Origin: an uncultured Ruminococcus sp.
GTDB lineage: Bacteria; Bacillota; Clostridia; Oscillospirales; Acutalibacteraceae
Direction: 5' to 3'
Assembly: GCA_964416795.1 (NCBI GenBank)
Contig: CAYQFD010000001.1
Coordinates: 12,845 to 38,581, forward strand
Length of the DNA: 25,737 bases
A program made the position numbers and the translations under genes. Positions within the stretch are counted from its first letter, which is position 1. Each line of letters starts with the position of its first letter. The notes under the pieces are model-generated. The model saw only the letters and a list, made by a program, of their open reading frames with translations, had not been told where the DNA came from and made no database searches. This document shows positions 18,598 to 25,737 of this stretch, piece after piece.

Positions 18598-18684
18598 ATA
18601 AAGATACCACTCGAAAATGAAACTTTATTGACCCTTTAACTTAATCGCTTGAGGGTGAGGACGTTATACGTTCTACTTCATTGC
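18564..18684 (-). ncRNA. Ribosomal protein L20 leader (autoregulatory attenuator)
   Basis: AAGTAGAACGT-ATA-ACGTCCTCACCCT...AGGGT resembles the Bacillota L20 leader (AAGYAGAAG...CTTCTCACC); lies between a sigmaA promoter and a terminator upstream of infC-rpmI-rplT. Confidence 0.85.
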
Positions 18685-18690
18685 TTAACC

Positions 18691-18718
18691 ATTATACACC
18701 TTTTTGGCGATTTGTCAA
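18691..18718 (-). promoter_or_regulatory. sigmaA promoter of infC operon
   Basis: TTGACA(18718-18713)-N16-TATAAT(18696-18691); the -35 overlaps the nfnB TGA stop. Confidence 0.88.
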
Positions 18719-20103
18719 GAGTTTTTTTGCAAATATTCATCAATCGCCCTTGCGGCAGTTTTTCCTGCACCCATTGCGAGTATAACTGTAGCAGCACCTG
18801 TAACCGCATCACCGCCCGCATAAACCGATTCCCTTGTGGTTTTCATATTCTCGTCTACCACAAAGCAACCGCGCTTATTGGTTTCGAGTCCGTCGGTTGT
18901 TAGTCTGAGCAAGGGATTAGGCGATGTACCGAGAGCCATAATCACAGTATCAACAGGAATTGTAAATTCCGAATTTTCTATCGCAACAGGTCTTCTTCTG
19001 CCGCTGCTGTCAGGCTCGCCAAGCTCCATTTTTACACATTCTAACGCTGTCACATAGCCATTCTCATCACTCAATATTCTTGTGGGATTAGTAAGAAGCT
19101 TAAACTCAATTTCTTCCTCTTTTGCGTGATGAATTTCTTCGCGTCGGGCGGGCATTTCCTCCTCGCCTCTGCGGTAGATTATATAAACGTGCTCTGCGCC
19201 TAAACGTTTAGCGCATCTTGCCGCATCCATTGCAACATTTCCGCCGCCGACAACTGCAACTGCTTTGGATTTATAAATAGGTGTGGCAAATTCATCTTTA
19301 TAGGCTTTCATCAAATTAATTCGGGTTAAAAACTCATTTGCAGAATAAACACCTACACTGCTTTCACCCTCAATACCTGCAAACTGAGGAAGACCTGCAC
19401 CAGAGCCAATAAATACTGCATCATAGCCCATTTCTTTTAGCTCATCAATAGATAAAATCTTGCCGATAACCATATCGGTTTTGATTTCAACACCTAATTT
19501 TTTAAGCCCCTCAATTTCTTTTGCTACGATTTTTTTAGGCAGTCTGAATTCGGGAATACCGTACACAAGAACACCGCCTGCAGTATGAAAAGCCTCAAAC
19601 ACAGTGACCTTGTAGCCTTTTTTTGCAAGGTCACCTGCACATGTTAAGCCTGCAGGACCGCCGCCAATTACCGCAACTTTTTTACCGTTAGGAATAATTT
19701 CAGGTATCTCTTTTTCAAAGTTTTCAAGGTAATAGTCAGCCGCAAAGCGTTCAAGTCTGCCAATAGCAACACTTTCACCCTTTATTCCTCTTATACATTT
19801 TCCCTCGCATTGACATTCCTGAGGACACACTCTGCCGCAAACCGCAGGTAAAGAACTCGTTTCGGCGATTTTTTCGTAAGCCGCTTTAAAGTCGCCGTTT
19901 GCGATTAGCGAAATAAAATCAGGAATCTGAACATTAACGGGACAACCCGAAACACAAACAGGATTCTTGCAATTGAGACATCTGTTTGCTTCTTTAATTG
20001 CCATTTCGGGAGTATAACCGAGCGCTACCTCATCGAAATTTTTGTTTCTTTGGGTAGGCAGTTGTTCGGGCATTGGAGTTTTTAAAGGAGTCATATCAGC
20101 CAT
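18715..20103 (-). CDS. nfnB: NfnB large subunit of NADH-dependent reduced ferredoxin:NADP oxidoreductase (usually annotated NADPH glutamate synthase gltA/gltD-like)
   Basis: EANRCLNC...CVSGCPV, CGRVCPQE.QCE..C, GGGPAG, GVYSANEFL, GGGNVAMD and GGDAVTGAATV motifs; paired with nfnA and no gltB nearby. Start moved to ATG 20103 (MADMTPLK; GGGGG RBS; 8-nt overlap with nfnA). Confidence 0.9.
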   Translation of the reverse strand: MADMTPLKTPMPEQLPTQRNKNFDEVALGYTPEMAIKEANRCLNCKNPVCVSGCPVNVQIPDFISLIANGDFKAAYEKIAETSSLPAVCGRVCPQECQCEGKCIRGIKGESVAIGRLERFAADYYLENFEKEIPEIIPNGKKVAVIGGGPAGLTCAGDLAKKGYKVTVFEAFHTAGGVLVYGIPEFRLPKKIVAKEIEGLKKLGVEIKTDMVIGKILSIDELKEMGYDAVFIGSGAGLPQFAGIEGESSVGVYSANEFLTRINLMKAYKDEFATPIYKSKAVAVVGGGNVAMDAARCAKRLGAEHVYIIYRRGEEEMPARREEIHHAKEEEIEFKLLTNPTRILSDENGYVTALECVKMELGEPDSSGRRRPVAIENSEFTIPVDTVIMALGTSPNPLLRLTTDGLETNKRGCFVVDENMKTTRESVYAGGDAVTGAATVILAMGAGKTAARAIDEYLQKNS

Positions 20104-20923
20104 TAAAATATTCCCCCATTCTGCACGCGTGAGCCTCTTGCTCGCGATAGAAACCGTTTCGGCGCATAAGCTCATCGAAATCAACCTTGTGACCGTCAAA
20201 ATCAGGACCGTCAACACAGGCAAACTTAATCTCACCGCCAACAGTTACGCGGCAACCGCCGCACATACCTGTTCCGTCAATCATAATAGGATTAAGACTT
20301 ACAATAGTTTTAATACCGTAATCCTTAGTTGTGAGCGACACAAACTTCATCATAGGAATAGGACCTATTGCAATAACCAAATCATATTTTTCTTTTTCTA
20401 TCAGCCTTTTAAGCACATCTGTCACAAAGCCCTTTTCACCGTATGAACCGTCATCAGTGGTGACATAATAGCTATCAGCCACTTCACGCATTTCATCTTC
20501 AAGAATAACGATATCTTTATTTCTGAAGCCTGCGATAACAGTAGTTTGGGCGCCCATTTTGTGAAGCGCCTTAGCTTGCGGATAAGCAATAGCACAGCCT
20601 ACACCGCCGCCGATTACTATAGCCTTTTTAGCATTTTCGAAATCTGTAGGTTGACCTAAAGGACCTACAAGATCTAAAATACTGTCACCCTCATTCATTA
20701 ACGCCAATTTTTTTGTCGTAAAACCTACTGCTTGAAAAATAATGGAAACTGTTCCGTTTTCGCGGTCGTAATCTGCGACTGTGAGCGGAATTCTTTCACC
20801 CTTTTCATCAATACGGATAATAACGAACTGACCTGCCTTCACCTTATTAGCAATCAGCGGTGCAGATAAGGTAAGCTCGGTAACAAATTCGTTATGCACT
20901 TTTTTTGCTAAAATCTTAAACAC
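20096..20923 (-). CDS. nfnA: NfnA small subunit (PyrK/SudB-like FAD/NAD-binding, 2Fe-2S)
   Basis: GQFVIIR...GERIPLT, GPLG, GGGVG, TDDGSYG, IGP..MMK and MIDGTGMCGGCRV...FACVDGPDF motifs; GTG start with GAGGTG RBS. Confidence 0.9.
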   Translation of the reverse strand: MFKILAKKVHNEFVTELTLSAPLIANKVKAGQFVIIRIDEKGERIPLTVADYDRENGTVSIIFQAVGFTTKKLALMNEGDSILDLVGPLGQPTDFENAKKAIVIGGGVGCAIAYPQAKALHKMGAQTTVIAGFRNKDIVILEDEMREVADSYYVTTDDGSYGEKGFVTDVLKRLIEKEKYDLVIAIGPIPMMKFVSLTTKDYGIKTIVSLNPIMIDGTGMCGGCRVTVGGEIKFACVDGPDFDGHKVDFDELMRRNGFYREQEAHACRMGEYFNG

Positions 20924-20941
20924 ATTAACACCTCGGATAAA

Positions 20942-22120
20942 TTAGAGAGCCGCTTTTAATTCCTCAACCTTATCGGTCTTTTCCCAAGAAAATTCGATAT
21001 CGGTTCTGCCCATATGACCGTAAGCAGAAGTATTGCGGTAGATTGGGTTTCTCAAATTCAGATTATCAATAATAGCGGCAGGACGTAAATCAAATACTTT
21101 ATTTACAGCCTCTGCCAATTTTTCGTCTGCAACCTTGCCTGTGCCAAAGGTATCAATCATTACAGACACAGGCTTTGCAACACCTATAGCATAAGCTAGC
21201 TGGATTTCGCACTTATGAGCTAAACCTGCGGCTACAATATTCTTTGCTACATAACGGCTTGCATAAGCAGCACTTCTGTCAACCTTTGTGGGATCCTTAC
21301 CAGAAAATGCGCCGCCGCCGTGACGCGCATAACCACCATATGTATCAACAATAATTTTTCTACCGGTAAGACCCGTATCACCCTGAGGTCCGCCAACAAC
21401 AAAACGACCTGTGGGATTTATATAAATCTTCGTGTTTTCATCGAAAAGCTCTGTGGGAACAATAGGCTTTATAACCTTTTCTAAGATACCCTCGCGCAAA
21501 ACATCAAGCTCGACATCAGCAGAATGCTGACTTGATACTACGACTGCATCAACTCTTTTAGGCTTACCGTCCTCATATTCAACAGTAACCTGAGTTTTCC
21601 CGTCGGGATTAAGATAAGAAAGCTCGCCCGATTTTCTGACATCTGTAAGCCTTTTTGCCATCTTGTGAGCCAAAGAAATTGCAAGCGGCATTAATTCTTC
21701 GGTTTCGTCACAAGCGTAACCGAACATCATACCTTGGTCGCCTGCACCGTGAAGATTATACGCATCGTCCTCACCGTCCTTATATTCCATTGAATTATCA
21801 ACACCCAAAGCAATATCAGGACTTTGCTTGTCCAAAGAAACTGTTACAGCACAGGTATTGCCGTCGAACCCAGCGGCGTGAGAATTATAACCAATATCAC
21901 AAACAGTATTTCGAACAATCTGAGGTATATCTACCTGAGCGGTAGTTGTAATTTCGCCCATAACTGTTACAATACCTGTTGTACAAAAGGTTTCACAAGC
22001 AACACGTGCATTTTTATCCTGTTCTAAAATTGCATCAAGAATCGCGTCTGAAACACAGTCGCAAACCTTATCGGGATGTCCCTCTGTTACAGATTCTGAT
22101 GTGAAAAGTAATTTAGCCAT
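20942..22120 (-). CDS. metK: S-adenosylmethionine synthetase
   Basis: [41 protein letters not shown] and [16 protein letters not shown] motifs. Confidence 0.99.
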   Translation of the reverse strand: MAKLLFTSESVTEGHPDKVCDCVSDAILDAILEQDKNARVACETFCTTGIVTVMGEITTTAQVDIPQIVRNTVCDIGYNSHAAGFDGNTCAVTVSLDKQSPDIALGVDNSMEYKDGEDDAYNLHGAGDQGMMFGYACDETEELMPLAISLAHKMAKRLTDVRKSGELSYLNPDGKTQVTVEYEDGKPKRVDAVVVSSQHSADVELDVLREGILEKVIKPIVPTELFDENTKIYINPTGRFVVGGPQGDTGLTGRKIIVDTYGGYARHGGGAFSGKDPTKVDRSAAYASRYVAKNIVAAGLAHKCEIQLAYAIGVAKPVSVMIDTFGTGKVADEKLAEAVNKVFDLRPAAIIDNLNLRNPIYRNTSAYGHMGRTDIEFSWEKTDKVEELKAAL

Positions 22121-22142
22121 TTATACTTCCTCCAATTTTTTC

Positions 22143-22173
22143 AAAAATAAAAACCGCTCGAAAAGAAGCGGTT
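22143..22173 (-). terminator. Expression-platform terminator of the SAM-I riboswitch
   Basis: AACCGCTT-CTTTTC-GAGCGGTT followed by TTTATTTTT. The 5' arm AACCGCTTCTTT can alternatively pair with the P1 3' strand AAAGATGAGGTT (antiterminator). Confidence 0.88.
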
Positions 22174-22181
22174 ATATAAAA

Positions 22182-22279
22182 CCTCATCTTTCGGATAATC
22201 CGCCGGATTTGACACCTTAATTTTACAATCAGGTTGTCGGGCTTCACAGGGCCGGTCCCCTCCACCACTCTTGATAAGG
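22182..22279 (-). ncRNA. SAM-I (S-box) riboswitch aptamer
   Basis: CCTTATCAAGAGTGGTGGAGGGGACCGGCCCTGTGAAGCCCGACAACC...AAGGTGTCAAATCCGG-CGGATTATCCG-AAAGATGAGG: P1, kink-turn, pseudoknot CCGG/CCGG, P3 and P4; upstream of metK. Confidence 0.97.
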
Positions 22280-22299
22280 AATATTCAGTTCGGTTAAAA

Positions 22300-22328
22300 A
22301 TTATATCACTAAAACCTACAGTTGTCAA
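22300..22328 (-). promoter_or_regulatory. sigmaA promoter of metK
   Basis: Perfect TTGACA-N17-TATAAT with extended -10 (TGA-TATAAT), 5 nt after the ribU stop. Confidence 0.92.
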
Positions 22329-22333
22329 CAGTT

Positions 22334-23002
22334 TTAAGCAATAATTTTAAAGCCGCCGTTAAGGTAAAATATGACAAACAATACACAAACAAAAATAATT
22401 AGCGCAGAAGCTATTGTGAGTACAAGAGATTTTTTGTTAAACCCGATATCAGAGTTTTCGCTTTTTGGCAATACACCGATTCTTTTCAACGCATTAGTAA
22501 CAGGCTTATAGAGAATAAGTGTAGAAGCCGCATTTATAACCGTTTTAGCAAGGTTAAAGGGTAGTAAAAGCGTAGGAATAAGGGCTACCACATCGCCGCG
22601 GGAAACACCCATATAATAAGGGGTTATAAAATAATTTGCAATCATCATAATTGCAGTAACCCCAACCGCTGACATAACTGCAGCAATAATAGCACCTCCA
22701 AAGGTTCTTTTGTATTTATAAATACTGCCGAAAATAAGTGCAAATGATGCACTTGAAATAAAGTTCATAATAAGACCGTAAAAACCTGTATCGCTTACCG
22801 ATAAAAACTCAAGAAAAGCTACTACACCTGCAGATGTAACCCCATAAACCGAGCCGAAAGTTAGGGATACTATAGCGATTATAGCGTCCTTAAAATCAAA
22901 GGTTAAAAAGCTCACCTTAAACTTAAAGAAAAAGGTTAAAAGAAATGCTATCGCCGAAAAAACAGCAGTGACTGTAATTTGTTTTAAATTCTTATTTTTC
23001 AT
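22334..23002 (-). CDS. ribU: ECF transporter S component, riboflavin-specific (RibU-like)
   Basis: Highly hydrophobic; AxxxA in TM1 (AVFSA), FLTFDFKD, GLIMNF, ANYFITPYY and LPFNLAK motifs; directly downstream of an FMN riboswitch. Confidence 0.85.
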   Translation of the reverse strand: MKNKNLKQITVTAVFSAIAFLLTFFFKFKVSFLTFDFKDAIIAIVSLTFGSVYGVTSAGVVAFLEFLSVSDTGFYGLIMNFISSASFALIFGSIYKYKRTFGGAIIAAVMSAVGVTAIMMIANYFITPYYMGVSRGDVVALIPTLLLPFNLAKTVINAASTLILYKPVTNALKRIGVLPKSENSDIGFNKKSLVLTIASALIIFVCVLFVIFYLNGGFKIIA

Positions 23003-23014
23003 TTCAATTCTCCT

Positions 23015-23046
23015 AAAAATTAAAGCCCTGTCTAAAAAGACAGGGC
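23015..23046 (-). terminator. Expression-platform terminator of the FMN riboswitch
   Basis: Perfect 9-bp stem GCCCTGTCT-TTTT-AGACAGGGC followed by TTTAATTTTT. The 5' arm GCCCTG is complementary to CAGGGC at the aptamer 5' end (antiterminator). Confidence 0.9.
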
Positions 23047-23072
23047 AAAATTATGCAATAATCGAACTGCAA

Positions 23073-23179
23073 ATCTTCTTTCATCCAGACTATACTGTCG
23101 GCTTTGGAATTTCACCAAATCAACCCAAAAGGCTCGCGGGCTATACCGCCGGTGAGGAATTACACCTCGCCCTGAAGAC
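23073..23179 (-). ncRNA. FMN riboswitch (RFN element)
   Basis: GTCTTCAGGGCGAGGTGTAATTCCTCACCGGCGGTATAGCCCGCGAGCC...GATTTGGTGAAATTCCAAAGCCGACAGTATAGTCTGGATGAAAGAAGAT matches the RFN consensus. Confidence 0.97.
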
Positions 23180-23185
23180 AATAAC

Positions 23186-23214
23186 ATTTTATAACTAAAA
23201 ATTTAATTTGTCAA
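23186..23214 (-). promoter_or_regulatory. sigmaA promoter of FMN riboswitch/ribU
   Basis: TTGACA(23214-23209)-N17-TAAAAT(23191-23186), 2 nt after the ligA stop. Confidence 0.88.
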
Positions 23215-23216
23215 CA

Positions 23217-25187
23217 CTATTTTATCATTTCTTTGAATTCTTCTTCGGTAATAACTGCAACACCCAATTTATTAGCCTTATCTAGCTTACTTCCAGCCTC
23301 CTCACCCGCTAAAACATAATCCGTTTTCTTAGAAACTGAGGAAGAAGTTTTTCCACCGAAGCCCTCAATTATAGCCGAAGCCTCACTCCTTGTAAGCGAA
23401 GGTAAAGTGCCTGTAAGCACAAAGGTTTTACCCATAAAGCGAGTATCCGTTACCTCTTTAAGCGACTTCATATTGACACCCTTATTTTTAAGGCGTTCAA
23501 TCATATTGCGAGTTTCCTCTAATGAGAAAAACTCAAAGGCCGACTCCGCTAAAATTTCACCGAAACCTTCAATATTTTGTAATTCTTCCTTAGTTGCAGA
23601 CAAAATAGAATCGATATCGCCGAAGTTTTCAGCTAAAAGCTTACCCGCTTTAGCACCGATATGCCTTATACCAAATGCGAAAATTAAGCGAGACAAATCA
23701 TTTTCCTTTGATTTTTCGATAGCATTCTTTAAATTCTCTACCGATTTTTCACCTGTGCGTTCAAGCTTTGCTACTTCTTCATAATCTAAATCGTATAGGT
23801 CGTCAATGCTAGATATCAGTTTTGCATCAAGCAACTGCTCTAAAACCGCGGGACCCAAGCCCTCAATATCCATAGCATCTCTCGAAGTAAAATGTATAAG
23901 ATGTCGAAGCAACTGAGCAGGACAGTCGGCATTGGTACAACGTATAACCGCCTCGCCCTCTTCTCGTGTGACAGACGAATTACAGGACGGACAAACAGTC
24001 GGCATTTTAAAAGGAACAGAATTTTCACAATGCTTTGAAACAGAAAGAACCTCGGGTATGATATCCCCCGCCTTTCTGACAACGATTGTGTCGCCTATTC
24101 CAATGCCTTTGCTTGATATAAAATCCTCATTATGAAGTGTGGCTCGACTGACAGATGTGCCCGCAAGTGTGATGGTATCAAAAATAGCGGTAGGAGTAAG
24201 TGCTCCTGTTCTGCCGACAGCAATTTCAATTTCCTTTAAAACAGTTTCCTTTTCTTCGGGCGGATATTTGAATGCGACTGCCCACTTTGGAAACTTAGAG
24301 GTGCTTCCCAAAACCTCGCGATATTTGAGGTTATCAACCTTAACCACCGCTCCGTCGATATCATAAGCCAAACCGCCTCTTGAATTTCCTATTCTTTCAA
24401 TTTCGTTTATAACCTCATCTGCGGTTTTACAGGATTTATATGAGGGCAAGGTATGAAATCCCAAGCCCTTTAGAAAATCAAGAGTTTGGATATGAGAGGT
24501 GAATTCCTTACCGGTAATATACTGAATATTAAAAACGAAAATATCAAGCTTTCGTTCTTTTGTGATTTTGGGATTTTTTTGTCTAAGCGACCCCGCCGCC
24601 GCATTACGCGGATTTTTTGCAGGGGCTTCGTTGTTTAATTCTTGACGCTTTATAAGCTGCAGAAAGCTCTCGCGCGGCATATAAACCTCGCCTCTAACAC
24701 AGAGCTCACCATCAAACTCTATAGCCTTTGGAATACTTTCAATCTGTAAAAGATTCGCGGTGACATCCTCACCCTTTTCACCGTCACCTCGAGTAGAGCC
24801 TCTGAAAAACAAACCGTCCTTATATTCAAGTGATACCGAAAGACCGTCAATTTTAGGCTCGACCGAAAATTCTGTACGGCTTAAATCTATTTTTTCTGCA
24901 AAGCTTCTGAATTCATCGAAAGAGAAAACATCCTGCAGACTTTCCATTTTAACCTTATGCTCAACCTCAGAGAACAGACGGCTTACCGCACCGCCTACAT
25001 TCTGCGTTGGTGAGTCCTCGGTCTTAAACTGAGGAAATTCACTTTCCAGATTTTCGAGTTCTCTGAGCATTCTATCGTACTCGAAATCCTCGATTTCAGG
25101 CGAATCTTCAATATAATATTTTCGGTTGTGATACTTTAAAGTGTCGCTCAATTCTTTAATTCGCAATTTTGCTAAATTAATATCCAT
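23217..25187 (-). CDS. ligA: NAD-dependent DNA ligase
   Basis: YDRM, adenylation EPKIDGLS, TRGDG..GEDVT, NPRNAAAGSLRQ, DGAVVK, AFKYP, GRTG, AGDIIPEV, C4 zinc finger, HhH and C-terminal BRCT (FVLTGTL...GSKLDKA). Confidence 0.99.
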   Translation of the reverse strand: MDINLAKLRIKELSDTLKYHNRKYYIEDSPEIEDFEYDRMLRELENLESEFPQFKTEDSPTQNVGGAVSRLFSEVEHKVKMESLQDVFSFDEFRSFAEKIDLSRTEFSVEPKIDGLSVSLEYKDGLFFRGSTRGDGEKGEDVTANLLQIESIPKAIEFDGELCVRGEVYMPRESFLQLIKRQELNNEAPAKNPRNAAAGSLRQKNPKITKERKLDIFVFNIQYITGKEFTSHIQTLDFLKGLGFHTLPSYKSCKTADEVINEIERIGNSRGGLAYDIDGAVVKVDNLKYREVLGSTSKFPKWAVAFKYPPEEKETVLKEIEIAVGRTGALTPTAIFDTITLAGTSVSRATLHNEDFISSKGIGIGDTIVVRKAGDIIPEVLSVSKHCENSVPFKMPTVCPSCNSSVTREEGEAVIRCTNADCPAQLLRHLIHFTSRDAMDIEGLGPAVLEQLLDAKLISSIDDLYDLDYEEVAKLERTGEKSVENLKNAIEKSKENDLSRLIFAFGIRHIGAKAGKLLAENFGDIDSILSATKEELQNIEGFGEILAESAFEFFSLEETRNMIERLKNKGVNMKSLKEVTDTRFMGKTFVLTGTLPSLTRSEASAIIEGFGGKTSSSVSKKTDYVLAGEEAGSKLDKANKLGVAVITEEEFKEMIK

Positions 25188-25209
25188 CTCTTGTTCCTTT
25201 TTCTATTAA

Positions 25210-25737
25210 TTATTCTGCAATAGCACCGTAATCATTAATAAGACCACCGGTATTATCTGTTTGGCTTTCGATAACATTTGTAAATGCATCAGGTATTTTA
25301 CCAACTATCACAGTCTGTGCCGCAATAGCAGATGTGGATACCGAAATACCCTCATGGTAGCCGGTGATAATGAGGCTTCCGTTAATAGTGATATCAACAT
25401 TTATTATATGCAAAACCTGATTAATACCCGCATCTTTAAATTCGTGACTGAAATTCACAAAAGCAGTTGAGGTGAGCTGCATTTTAAAATTAATGCAAGG
25501 ACCTAAACCTGTGGTATAAACATTTCCGAAAAAAGTACCTATGGGTATCGAAACATTATAATATTCTCTCGAATCAACAAGCCTTGTAGTTTCGTTAGAA
25601 ATACTGCTTTTAAGCCTGTTTACTTCGTAAGTATTTATTTCAAGACTTGTGACATAACCGTCAGGTCCATTGGTAAGTACTGCAATGTCATCATAAGAAA
25701 CATTGTTCTTTTCAAGTATATTAAGTATTGCCTCGTT
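25210..25737 (-). CDS. yunB: Sporulation protein YunB (5' part outside window)
   Basis: Frame is open to the window edge: NEAILNILEKNNVSYDDIA...VSIPIGTFFGNVYTTGLGPCI...HEFKDAGINQVLH...IAAQTVIVGKIP, matching YunB IPxG..GP..F.xAGINQ..H..VIVG.P motifs. Confidence 0.85.
   Translation of the reverse strand, partial: NEAILNILEKNNVSYDDIAVLTNGPDGYVTSLEINTYEVNRLKSSISNETTRLVDSREYYNVSIPIGTFFGNVYTTGLGPCINFKMQLTSTAFVNFSHEFKDAGINQVLHIINVDITINGSLIITGYHEGISVSTSAIAAQTVIVGKIPDAFTNVIESQTDNTGGLINDYGAIAE

Noticed and set aside
18715..20241. Glutamate synthase call and the 46-aa N-terminal extension in the ORF track
   Set aside because: No large gltB subunit is adjacent and the partner is NfnA-like. The extension overlaps nfnA, while ATG 20103 has an RBS.
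22113..22328. 71-aa minus-strand ORF upstream of metK as a possible leader peptide
   Set aside because: Its TTG is the -35 box of the promoter and it runs through the SAM-I aptamer and terminator; no RBS and no Met/Cys enrichment.
25442..25460. Rex-like palindrome TCGTGAC-TGAAA-TTCACAA
   Set aside because: Spacer is 5 rather than 4 nt, the left arm is degenerate, and it lies inside yunB far from any redox gene promoter.
4309..25470. Many plus-strand ORFs of 60-188 aa (e.g. 5233-5799, 12963-13514, 20042-20446, 23407-23784)
   Set aside because: All are antisense shadows of conserved genes, Ser/Ile/Phe-rich, with no recognisable motif; I found no convincing plus-strand sigmaA promoter.

Overview
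Core-genome (housekeeping) window from a low-GC Bacillota, probably a spore-forming Clostridia/Oscillospirales-type organism (inferred from gene order and yunB). All 24 credible genes lie on the minus strand. In transcription order: yunB (5' truncated), ligA, FMN riboswitch-ribU (ECF S component), SAM-I riboswitch-metK-nfnA-nfnB, L20 leader-infC(ATT start)-rpmI-rplT-terminator, then a tightly packed run of at least 17 kb: trmH-like, dprA, topA, trmFO, plsX, rnc, radical SAM, smc, ftsY, rdgB, yhbY, nadD, yqeK, rsfS, leuS (3' truncated). I see no mobile element, CRISPR array, tRNA/rRNA, pseudogene or recoding, and no clearly new protein system. The most interesting signals are regulatory. (i) Three promoter+attenuator cassettes are chained, each starting at the previous gene's stop codon with no separate terminator. 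(ii) The NfnAB transhydrogenase appears to fall under the SAM-I riboswitch of metK. (iii) Near-consensus sigmaA promoters are embedded in ftsY, yqeK and dprA coding sequence. (iv) An uncharacterised Elp3-like radical SAM enzyme is coupled between rnc and smc. All were found by eye and need computational or experimental confirmation.
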